Part shown: piece by piece, positions 10,282-17,521 of the stretch
How the letters are laid out: each line of letters starts with the position of its first letter
How positions within the stretch are numbered: the first letter of the stretch is position 1
Source: Candidatus Latescibacterota bacterium
Lineage (GTDB): Bacteria > Latescibacterota > UBA2968 > GCA-2709665
Reading direction: 5' to 3'
NCBI GenBank assembly: GCA_965222075.1
Contig: OZ244937.1
Span: forward strand, 5,123,891 to 5,187,890
Length of the DNA stretch: 64,000 bases
The notes under the pieces: model-generated
Told to the model about the DNA's origin: nothing
The model's input: only the letters and a program-made list of their open reading frames with translations
Database searches by the model: none
Made by a program: the position numbers and the translations under genes

Positions 10282-10451
10282 TGCCCTGCGCACCGGACGC
10301 CTGGTATGACCCGGGCAGCGTCAGGGTGGGGTACGAGGTCAGTTTCACGCGCTATTTTTACAAGCCGCAGCCGCTGCGCTCGCTGGCGGAGATCCGGGCC
10401 GATATTCTGGCGCTGGAGCAGAAAACGGAAGGGTCGCTGGATGAGTCTTAA
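10282..10451 (+). pseudogene. Relic copy 2 of the hsdM 3' end
   Basis: 10308-10412 is identical by eye (105/105) to 9981-10085 of hsdM. It encodes '...AWYDPGSVRVGYEVSFTRYFYKPQPLRSLAEIRADILALEQ' and has no upstream gene body. Confidence 0.85.
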
Positions 10452-10532
10452 CATCAACACCGAGAGGTGTGAGAGCTTCCAGTTGAGGACGATCTGAAAG
10501 AGTGCTTCGATGGTTGTGATAGAGAGGAGAAA

Positions 10533-10760
10533 ATGATGATGTCTACCATGTCCGAGATCATTTTTGAGGTCACTGAGGACGAAGTCGACGGCGGGTACTC
10601 AGCAAATGCGCTGGGGTATGGTATCCACACAGAAGGTGAGACGCTCGAAGAGCTTCGCCGGAATGTGAAAGAAGCCGTCGAGTGCTACTTTGATGAGACA
10701 ATGATTCGACCCGGGTTGATTCGTCTTCACTTCGTCCGCGATGAAGTCCTTGCGCTATGA
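10533..10760 (+). CDS. hicB: HicB-like antitoxin
   Basis: 75-aa ORF 'IIFEVTEDEVDGGYSANALGYGIHTEGETLEELRRNVKEAVECYF' has a HicB N-domain pattern. ATGA overlap with the next ORF. Confidence 0.7.
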   Translation: MMMSTMSEIIFEVTEDEVDGGYSANALGYGIHTEGETLEELRRNVKEAVECYFDETMIRPGLIRLHFVRDEVLAL

Positions 10761-10999
10761 AACTGCCGCGTAATTTGAGTGGGGCTGATTTACAGAAATC
10801 GCTTCGGCGTTTTGGTTATGAGCCCACCAGACAGCGCGGTTCGCACGTACGGATAACCACACAGATCAACGGTGAACATCATGAAGTTATCCCTCAGCAT
10901 AATCCCATCAGGACAAAAACACTGTCGAGCATTTTGAAAAGCATCGCGTCGCATCATGGCTTGAGTGTCGAAGCACTGCTCAATGAACTTGGTTTGTAG
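10757..10999 (+). CDS. hicA: HicA-like mRNA interferase toxin
   Basis: 'LSGADLQKSLRRFGYEPTRQRGSHVRITT...VIPQHNPIRTKTLSSILK' matches the YcfA/HicA signature (GSH, P.H). Confidence 0.75.
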   Translation: MKLPRNLSGADLQKSLRRFGYEPTRQRGSHVRITTQINGEHHEVIPQHNPIRTKTLSSILKSIASHHGLSVEALLNELGL

Positions 11000-11094
11000 A
11001 TCCCGTTCGAGCTACTCTGCTCCGTGCTTGTGCTGCACAAGGTCAACCGCCAACCTCCCCCTCTACCTCGCCTACGGGCCCTCCGGCGTCGAGT

Positions 11095-11327
11095 GGCTGG
11101 GCGAAGGCCGCATTGAGGGTTTCCTGCGCCGCGAGGTGCTGCCCTATGCCGCCGATGCCTGGTACGACCCGGGTAGCGTCAGGACCGGGTACGAGATCAG
11201 CTTCACGCGGTACTTTTACAAACCGCAGCCGCTGCGCTCGCTGGCGGAGATCCAGGCCGATATTCTGGCGCTGGAGCGGGAGACCGAGAGGCTGTTGGGG
11301 GAGATTGTCGGGGACGGCGGGTTGTGA
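11095..11327 (+). pseudogene. Relic copy 3 of the hsdM 3' end
   Basis: Encodes 'GRIEGFLRREVLPYAADAWYDPGSVRTGYEISFTRYFYKPQPLRSLAEIQADILALERETERLLGEIVG', colinear with hsdM 9905-10133. No methyltransferase body lies upstream. Confidence 0.85.
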
Positions 11328-11402
11328 ACGCATGGCTGTTTGCGATGTGCGCCATGCCATTTGCTTCGTTATTATTCTTGCGCTTATCCCTACATTATTG
11401 TA

Positions 11403-11423
11403 ATTTAACTCTGAAAGTTAAAT
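11403..11423. promoter_or_regulatory. 8-bp perfect inverted repeat (ATTTAACT-N5-AGTTAAAT) in the AT-rich region upstream of fic; candidate operator
   Basis: Read from the sequence, 25 bp upstream of the Fic start. Confidence 0.3.
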
Positions 11424-11447
11424 AGTAAATTTTGTTATTGCACAATC

Positions 11448-12629
11448 GTGAATAAGGATCCGTCCGTCATGCGGCGCGGAGAAATCGGTAGCTACGAGGT
11501 TACGAGCATCGGCGGTGAACGCGTTCGCGCCTTTGTGCCAGCACCGTTGCCGCCGCAACCCGCCCTGATTCTGGACGGCTCGCTGCAACAGGTGCTGGAA
11601 TCGGCGGTGCTTGCCCTGGGCCGCCTTGACGGCGTCTCGACGCTTCTGCCGGACGAGGCGCTTTTTCTGTATGCCTACGTGCGCAAGGAAGCGGTGCTTT
11701 CCTCCCAGATCGAGGGGACGCAGTCTTCGTTGTCTGATCTCTTGCTCTTTGAACTTAAGGAAGCGCCCGGGGCTCCGCTTGACGACGTGCGCCAGGTTTC
11801 GAACTATGTGGACGCGCTCAACCACGGTTTGCGTCGCCTGCGGGAGGGTTTCCCGCTGTCGAATCGCCTGATCCGCGAGATACACGGCGTGCTGTTGTCG
11901 GGCGGCCGGGACAGTGTCAAGACGCCCGGTGAATTTCGGCGCTCGCAGAACTGGATTGGAGGAACCCGGCCCGGCAATGCCGTTTTTGTACCGCCGCCGC
12001 ACACTGCTGTGCCCGAATGCATGGCGGCGTTTGAGCGATTTCTCCACGCCGAGGATATGCCCGTGCTGCTGCGGGCGGGGCTCGCGCACGTGCAGTTCGA
12101 GACGATTCACCCCTTCCTTGACGGCAATGGGCGCGTGGGTCGGTTGCTCATTACGCTGCTGCTGTGCGACGCCGACGTGCTGCGCCAGCCGCTCCTGTAT
12201 CTGAGCCTGTACTTCAAGCAACACAGGAACACCTACTACGATTTGCTGAATCATGTGCGTTGTACCGGCGAGTGGGAAGCGTGGCTCGCCTTCTTTCTGG
12301 AAGGGGTGAGACTGACAGCCGAGGGCGCGGTTTTGACCGCCCGGCGCCTCTCCCGGATGTTTGAGGATGACCGGAACCGGGTCGAGGCGGCCGCGGGCCG
12401 CAGGACCGGGTCGGTGCTGCGCGTACACGAGGCCCTCAAGTCGCAGCCGATTCTATCGCTGCCCGCGGCGTGCCGTGGTACCAAACTGTCCTTTCAGGCA
12501 GCCGCGTCGGCCATGGAACTGCTCGTCACGCAGGGGATTGCGCGGGAGATCACCGGGAAGCGGCGTAACCGGCTGTTCGTTTATGACCGGTATCTTTCCG
12601 TTCTGAACGAGGGAGCCGAGGCGCCGTGA
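11448..12629 (+). CDS. fic: Fic-family protein (AMPylase-type) with N-terminal inhibitory motif
   Basis: Canonical 'HPFLDGNGRVGR' Fic motif and an upstream 'SSQIEGT' ([ST]xxxE[GN]) inhibitory helix. GTG start; ATG 11469 is an alternative. Confidence 0.9.
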   Translation: MNKDPSVMRRGEIGSYEVTSIGGERVRAFVPAPLPPQPALILDGSLQQVLESAVLALGRLDGVSTLLPDEALFLYAYVRKEAVLSSQIEGTQSSLSDLLLFELKEAPGAPLDDVRQVSNYVDALNHGLRRLREGFPLSNRLIREIHGVLLSGGRDSVKTPGEFRRSQNWIGGTRPGNAVFVPPPHTAVPECMAAFERFLHAEDMPVLLRAGLAHVQFETIHPFLDGNGRVGRLLITLLLCDADVLRQPLLYLSLYFKQHRNTYYDLLNHVRCTGEWEAWLAFFLEGVRLTAEGAVLTARRLSRMFEDDRNRVEAAAGRRTGSVLRVHEALKSQPILSLPAACRGTKLSFQAAASAMELLVTQGIAREITGKRRNRLFVYDRYLSVLNEGAEAP

Positions 12630-12676
12630 TGTCGGGCCGCTTTGCGTGGCTGTCGCCCCTGGCGTCAAGCGATTTT

Positions 12677-12710
12677 CGAGGGCGAGACGCCCTCGTTCTC
12701 AGGTTCTTTG
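12677..12710 (+). terminator. Candidate intrinsic terminator after fic
   Basis: Perfect 8-bp stem CGAGGGCG-AGA-CGCCCTCG (12677-12695) followed by a T-rich stretch TTCTCAGGTTCTTTG. Confidence 0.5.
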
Positions 12711-12753
12711 ATCCGCAAACCCGGAATTTTGAGACAGCTTCTGAGGAATTTAG

Positions 12754-13077
12754 ATGGCAATGAAAAACTTAGATCAACATATTGAGATTACCCCTGGTAT
12801 ATCAGGTGGAAAGCCCCGTATTGCCGGACATCGAATTACAGTGGAAAACATCGTCATCTGGCATGAGCACATGGGCAAGAGTGCGGATGAAATAGCCACT
12901 GAATACGATTTGACACTGGCGGATGTGTATGCGGCATTGGCCTACTATTTCGATCACCGCGCTGAGATCAACCAATCGCTGGAAGAGCGTAAAGTATTTG
13001 TAAAAACTCTACGCCAGCAGACTTTTTCAAAGCTTTCTGCAAAGCTTCAAGAAAAGACGCAACGTGGCGAAGATTAA
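12754..13077 (+). CDS. DUF433-family antitoxin-like protein (copy 1)
   Basis: 'IEITPGISGGKPRIAGHRITVENIVIWHEHMGKSADEIATEYDLTLADVYAALAYY' is the typical DUF433 pattern. It overlaps the next ORF. Confidence 0.8.
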   Translation: MAMKNLDQHIEITPGISGGKPRIAGHRITVENIVIWHEHMGKSADEIATEYDLTLADVYAALAYYFDHRAEINQSLEERKVFVKTLRQQTFSKLSAKLQEKTQRGED

Positions 13078-13393
13078 GTTCTACACGGATGAGCATGTCT
13101 CAAAAGCCGTGGTGATGGGCCTCCGCCGAAGGGGCGTGGATGTATTGACTGTTCCAGAAACGGGGACACTGGGAGTATCTGACGAAGCACATTTGAGAAG
13201 GGCGCGGGAAGAGGGACGCGTCATCTTTACTCAGGATGATGATTTTCTGCGCTTGGCCGCAGCAGGTGCAGACCATGCAGGGATTGTTTATACAACGCAA
13301 GAAACTACGACCGGCGAGATCATTTCTGGTTTGATGTTGATCCATTGGGTATTGGAAGCGGACGAGATGATGGGGCATGTAGAGTATCTTTGA
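13064..13393 (+). CDS. DUF5615-family PIN-like protein (putative toxin partner of DUF433)
   Basis: 'IKFYTDEHVSKAVVMGLRRRGVDVLTV...VIFTQDDDFLRL'. GTG start overlaps the DUF433 3' end by 14 nt. Confidence 0.75.
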   Translation: MAKIKFYTDEHVSKAVVMGLRRRGVDVLTVPETGTLGVSDEAHLRRAREEGRVIFTQDDDFLRLAAAGADHAGIVYTTQETTTGEIISGLMLIHWVLEADEMMGHVEYL

Positions 13394-13480
13394 GACCTGA
13401 GAGTTGAATTCAGCGGCGAAGCGGTCCGCAACGTCGCTCGAACATTGATCTGGGGGATGCGACCTCTGGGACAATCGGAA

Positions 13481-13828
13481 ATGCTAAACCGGAACTTGAA
13501 AGCGGCCGAAGCTCTTCGCCCGGGCCAGGAAATGGACCCTGATGGCATCGCGGTGCCTGAGCTGGAGAAGGGCGAGGCATACTTCCACAAGGAAAGAGAA
13601 GCATTGCGCGATGTCCGGGACGCCTTGCAGCGGACAGGTGGCGCAGAAGCACACGGAGTTGAGGTCTTCGAGGAATTGGACCGCCTGGACAAGCTGTTTA
13701 AGTATCTCATTGGGTCGTTCCAAGAGCTTCGATGGACCATAATGATCAACGACGGGTCGCTCACTCCGAGCACAGGAGGAACATGCGCCAGCGGAGCAGA
13801 GTTTATGGCGTCTATGGAAAATCTATAG
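13481..13828 (+). CDS. Hypothetical protein
   Basis: ORF beginning MLNRNLKAAE. No motif recognised. A competing antisense ORF lies at 13288-13899. Confidence 0.3.
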   Translation: MLNRNLKAAEALRPGQEMDPDGIAVPELEKGEAYFHKEREALRDVRDALQRTGGAEAHGVEVFEELDRLDKLFKYLIGSFQELRWTIMINDGSLTPSTGGTCASGAEFMASMENL

Positions 13829-13958
13829 GACATGTGCCCGAGACAGATGCGAATTACCGGGTTCGTAACGCCGAGCCGCAGGTTCGCCAGAATGGTCAAG
13901 CGTGCGGATGGCTTTCTGCAAAAGCCTCAAGACACAAAGTCTTCAGCAGGAGAATACG

Positions 13959-14238
13959 ATGATGCGACCCATCGCGGTGGAAGCGCGAGACGGCTACCGC
14001 ATCTGGCTGCGCTATTCGGATGGTGCCGCCGGTGAGGTAGATCTGTCGCATCTGGCCGGGCGCGGCGTATTCGCGGCCTGGGGCGACCGTACTTTCTTCG
14101 AGGCCGTGCGACTTGAGGATCATGGTACCATAGCTTGGGGTGAGGGAGCTTTGCCCCGATGCCCTTTATATGCAGCTTGTCGGCAAGTCTGTTGCGGAAG
14201 TGATGCCGGGTGTCCAGATTCCGGTTGAAAATGCCTGA
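13959..14238 (+). pseudogene. DUF2442-family gene with an apparent frameshift near 14150
   Basis: 'MMRPIAVEARDGYRIWLRYSDGAAGEVDLSHL...FFEAVRLEDHGTIAWGEG' continues in another frame as 'LCPDALYMQLVGKSVAEVMPGVQIPVENA*'. AGGAG precedes ATG 13959. Confidence 0.6.
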
Positions 14239-14377
14239 AATCTGTCGGTTTTACGGGATTGTCATTCGAATGTATTTCAACGACCACGCGCCGGCACATT
14301 TCCACACACAACGCCTGGAATCGCCCGGCAAGATCGCCCCACTGGAAAGTCGAATAGAGGAATTTAGATGGCAATGA
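14231..14377 (+). pseudogene. DUF4160-like N-terminal fragment, truncated at a repeat junction
   Basis: 'MPEICRFYGIVIRMYFNDHAPAHFH' is the DUF4160 signature. The 48-codon ORF runs into the duplicated DUF433 segment and stops. Confidence 0.5.
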
Positions 14378-14673
14378 AAAACTTAGATCAACATATTGAG
14401 ATTACCCCTGGTGTATCAGGTGGAAAGCCTCGTATTGCCGGACATCGAATTACAGTGGAAAACATCGTCATCTGGCATGAGCACATGGGCAAGAGTGCGG
14501 ATGAAATAGCCACTGAATACGATTTGACACTGGCGGATGTGTATGCGGCATTGGCCTACTATTTCGATCACCGCGCTGAGATCAACCGATCGCTGGAAGA
14601 GCGTAAAGTATTTGTAAAAACCCTACGCCAGCAGACCTTTTCAAAGGCGACTTGGAAAAATCTGGATCGATAA
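14368..14673 (+). CDS. DUF433-family protein (copy 2, orphan duplicate)
   Basis: 14357-14646 repeats 12743-13032 with about 5 mismatches by eye. The C-terminus diverges and no PIN-like partner follows. Confidence 0.75.
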   Translation: MAMKNLDQHIEITPGVSGGKPRIAGHRITVENIVIWHEHMGKSADEIATEYDLTLADVYAALAYYFDHRAEINRSLEERKVFVKTLRQQTFSKATWKNLDR

Positions 14674-14688
14674 TCATGGTGTTGGGTA

Positions 14689-14707
14689 GGGAGACGGAGA
14701 GGCTGTT
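14689..14707 (+). repeat. Possible short fourth relic of the hsdM 3' end
   Basis: GGGAGACGGAGAGGCTGTT matches GGGAGACCGAGAGGCTGTT (in 11278-11300) at 18/19. The match is short, so this is tentative. Confidence 0.35.
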
Positions 14708-14733
14708 AAATCAAATCATAACAGGAGTCTAAG

Positions 14734-15216
14734 ATGAAACTGAAAAAATTGTTCAAGAATTTCAACTTGGAAAAAATAAAATTTGGTCCAAGTGTAGCAG
14801 CAGCGGAGATAGCCTTCAAGCCGGCTGACAAAAATGCCGCTTGGGAGTTGTATATCGAGATGTTGACCCGGATCGTCACTCAACCCCTGCCTTCTGCAGC
14901 GGGGGACGAAAAGACGGCTCTGGACAGCATTTATGCACTTTTCGGAATTACCCGCGAGATTCTGCGTCGACATGGGCGTGGTACAATACAGTTCAGCAAG
15001 GTTGCGATACCAGTGCTGAACCAAGTGGTGCGGCCTTTTACCGCAAAGTGGCACAAGGAGAGTATAGCAGGAGCTTTTGATTGCGAAAGCAAACGAAAGG
15101 AATTTCGTGGAGAACTGGAAATCCTGCAAAGTGAATTGCGAAACTATAATTCCATGTTGGCGAGTATTGCCAGCGTGGAAGATTTGACTAATTTAGAACG
15201 AACAGCACCCGAGTAA
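14734..15216 (+). CDS. Hypothetical protein, gene 1 of the five-gene cassette
   Basis: 160-aa ORF. AGGAG lies 7 nt upstream of the ATG. No recognisable domain. AT-rich. Confidence 0.6.
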   Translation: MKLKKLFKNFNLEKIKFGPSVAAAEIAFKPADKNAAWELYIEMLTRIVTQPLPSAAGDEKTALDSIYALFGITREILRRHGRGTIQFSKVAIPVLNQVVRPFTAKWHKESIAGAFDCESKRKEFRGELEILQSELRNYNSMLASIASVEDLTNLERTAPE

Positions 15217-15247
15217 GGTAAATGGGTCAGGAAAGGAGCCCAACGTC

Positions 15248-15727
15248 ATGGCTGATGAAACGAAAAACATCTTCATAAGTCACATCCATGAAGATGATAA
15301 AGGCCTCGGCAAGCTCAAGAGTCTGCTGAAGGACAACGGGATGACCATCCGGGACTATTCAATCAACGCGGATAATCCCAACAACGCCCATTCAGAAAGC
15401 TACATCAAGTCCGAGATTCTTGCACCGCGCATTCGACAATCAAGTACGTTGGCTGTTTATATTTCGCCCGAAACTAAAGGCAGCCAGTGGGTGGACTGGG
15501 AGATTGAGTATGCCCATAAACAAGACAAACGAATTGTAGGAGTTTGGGCGCATGGAGAAAGCGGGTGCGAAGTCCCGGAAGCATTGGATAACTACGCCGA
15601 CGCTGTAGTTGGTTGGACGGGTAATCGCATCATTGACGCGATAAACGGAAAAATCGATGGTTGGGAAAATCCGGACGGTACAAAAAGCACGCCGCGAGGA
15701 GACATCAGCCGGTATAGCTGTCGTTAG
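15248..15727 (+). CDS. TIR-like (ThsB/DUF1863-type) domain protein, gene 2 of the cassette
   Basis: 'KNIFISHIHEDDKGLGKLKSLL' and 'GSQWVDWEIEYA' match the bacterial TIR-like/ThsB pattern. AAAGGAG lies upstream. Confidence 0.7.
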   Translation: MADETKNIFISHIHEDDKGLGKLKSLLKDNGMTIRDYSINADNPNNAHSESYIKSEILAPRIRQSSTLAVYISPETKGSQWVDWEIEYAHKQDKRIVGVWAHGESGCEVPEALDNYADAVVGWTGNRIIDAINGKIDGWENPDGTKSTPRGDISRYSCR

Positions 15728-15737
15728 AAACGTCAAT

Positions 15738-16346
15738 ATGAAACTATTCTCCTATGTCGTCGCTCGTGACTATGGTTTTGCGCCCAACCCTTTTTTTGGA
15801 ATATGTACATTAGCCACCTGCAAACCAAGAGTTCGGAAGGCAGCCTCCATAGGAGACTGGATTATCGGCACGGGCAGCAGCCAAAATGACAGACGAGGCT
15901 ATCTTGTTTATGCCATGTGCGTAACGGAAACAATGACATTTAATGAGTATTGGGAAGACGAGCGGTTCCAAAGGAAAAAGCCGAACATGAGGGGAAGCAT
16001 GAAGCAGGCATTCGGCGACAACATCTACTTTCAGAATGATGCTGGTCAGTGGCAGCAGCAGGATTCTCATCACAGTTATGAGGACGGTTCGCCCAACCCG
16101 TACAATATTTGCCACGATACACAGACGGACAGAGTCCTGCTCAGCAAGGACTACGTATATTGGGGTGGCCCAGGACCTGAAATTCCTACAAGGTTCAGAG
16201 ACTACGAGGGATGCGATATTTGCGCTAAGCGCAACCACAAATGCCGGTTTCCACAAGGATTGGTCAGGGAATTTGCTACGTGGTTGCGGTCTTTGGACGC
16301 GAGGGGTTATCTTGGAAAACCTTTAGGTTGGAGCAAAACACCATGA
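15738..16346 (+). CDS. Nmad2-like (nucleotide-modification-associated domain 2) protein, gene 3 of the cassette
   Basis: N-terminus 'MKLFSYVVARDYGFAPNPFFGICTLATCKPRVRKAASIGDWIIGTGS' matches my recollection of the Nmad2 signature. ATG 15738 is chosen because the track start at 15657 overlaps the TIR gene. Confidence 0.6.
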   Translation: MKLFSYVVARDYGFAPNPFFGICTLATCKPRVRKAASIGDWIIGTGSSQNDRRGYLVYAMCVTETMTFNEYWEDERFQRKKPNMRGSMKQAFGDNIYFQNDAGQWQQQDSHHSYEDGSPNPYNICHDTQTDRVLLSKDYVYWGGPGPEIPTRFRDYEGCDICAKRNHKCRFPQGLVREFATWLRSLDARGYLGKPLGWSKTP

Positions 16347-17518
16347 CCAGGAGTCTGTCATCCATGGATCGGCGAAACAAAGCGACTTCTGAGGGCACAA
16401 TTCTCCTGCGCGATTACATGCGAGAAATCGAGCCCACCGATAAACTTCCTCAGGACAATCTGCAACCGGTTTTGATGGGGCTGTTTGGCGAGGTTGGCAG
16501 TATCATGGCAACCGCTAAGAAGCACCTCCGGGAAAAAACAGCATATACTGGATACCAGCAGGTGGTGGAGGAAGAATTCGGCGATGCGCTTTGGTACTTC
16601 ACTACATTGTGCCGGCGTCTTGGCATTGGCGTTGACACCATCCTCTCCAAAGCGGTGAATCAAGACAAATACAGCAAGAGCATCGCTGCAAGCGACCTTC
16701 TGGACAGCCCGGTTTCTCATATCTCGTCGGTCAGTGCATTGCCTGATCTTGATAAGACACTCCTGAATCTGGGACAGGCTACGGCGGCATTGCTTGGCAT
16801 CAAGAGCTTGGATGAACAGACTCACGATTTGCTACAAACTTTCTCGGATCGCTACTTGCAGGCACTTCAAGCGGCAAACGTAAGTTTTTCAAAGATTGCT
16901 CATATGAACATAGAGAAAACGTGTGGACGTTTTCTTGAACCCAATGCGTCAGAGTTACCAACGTTCGACGACAAATTCCCGGATGAGGAACGGCTTCCCC
17001 GGCATTTCGAGATCAAAGTCACGCAACGAAAAAACGGGCAAAGTTATCTGCAATGGAATGGTGTATTTATCGGCGACCCGCTCACGGATAATATCCTTGA
17101 CCCGGATGGCTACCGATTCCATGATGTGTTTCATTTTACACATGCTGCCATTCTTCACTGGTCTCCTACCTTTCGCGCCTTGATAAAGCATAAACGCAAG
17201 AGTGATCCGAAGTTGGATGAGGCTGAGGATGGTGGCAGAGCGAAAGTCGTTGAGGAAGGACTTACCGCGTGGATATTTTCATGCGCCAAACATCTCAATT
17301 TCTTTCAGGGGCAGAATAGCGTCTCCTTTGACTTGCTAAAGACCGTGCAGCAGTTCGTGCAGGGATACGAAGTGGAAAAATGTCCTCTTAAGCTATGGGA
17401 ACGGGCTATACTGAAAGGATATGAGGTTTTCAGACTGGTACGGGATAACAACGGTGGGATCGTGATTGGAAATCGCGAGACTCGTACCATCGAGTACAAG
17501 TCAATTGATGGAGAATAG
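16343..17518 (+). CDS. MazG-like nucleoside-triphosphate pyrophosphohydrolase-fold protein with a C-terminal extension, gene 4 of the cassette
   Basis: 'GLFGEVGSIMATAKKHLRE...VEEEFGDALWYFTTLCRRLGI' is the MazG EExx(E/D) helix pair. ATG 16343 overlaps the upstream stop (ATGA). Confidence 0.7.
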   Translation: MTRSLSSMDRRNKATSEGTILLRDYMREIEPTDKLPQDNLQPVLMGLFGEVGSIMATAKKHLREKTAYTGYQQVVEEEFGDALWYFTTLCRRLGIGVDTILSKAVNQDKYSKSIAASDLLDSPVSHISSVSALPDLDKTLLNLGQATAALLGIKSLDEQTHDLLQTFSDRYLQALQAANVSFSKIAHMNIEKTCGRFLEPNASELPTFDDKFPDEERLPRHFEIKVTQRKNGQSYLQWNGVFIGDPLTDNILDPDGYRFHDVFHFTHAAILHWSPTFRALIKHKRKSDPKLDEAEDGGRAKVVEEGLTAWIFSCAKHLNFFQGQNSVSFDLLKTVQQFVQGYEVEKCPLKLWERAILKGYEVFRLVRDNNGGIVIGNRETRTIEYKSIDGE

Positions 17519-17521
17519 CGC

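Noticed and set aside
10230-11327. ORFs 10230-10451 and 10965-11327 as independent genes
   Set aside because: Their only conserved parts are colinear with the hsdM C-terminus. They are treated as relics, not genes.
15657-16342. Upstream extensions of the Nmad2-like (15657) and MazG-like (16241) ORFs given in the track
   Set aside because: The extensions overlap the preceding genes by 70-100 nt. Internal ATGs at 15738 and 16343 give tight operon junctions, and the conserved N-terminal motif begins right at 15738.
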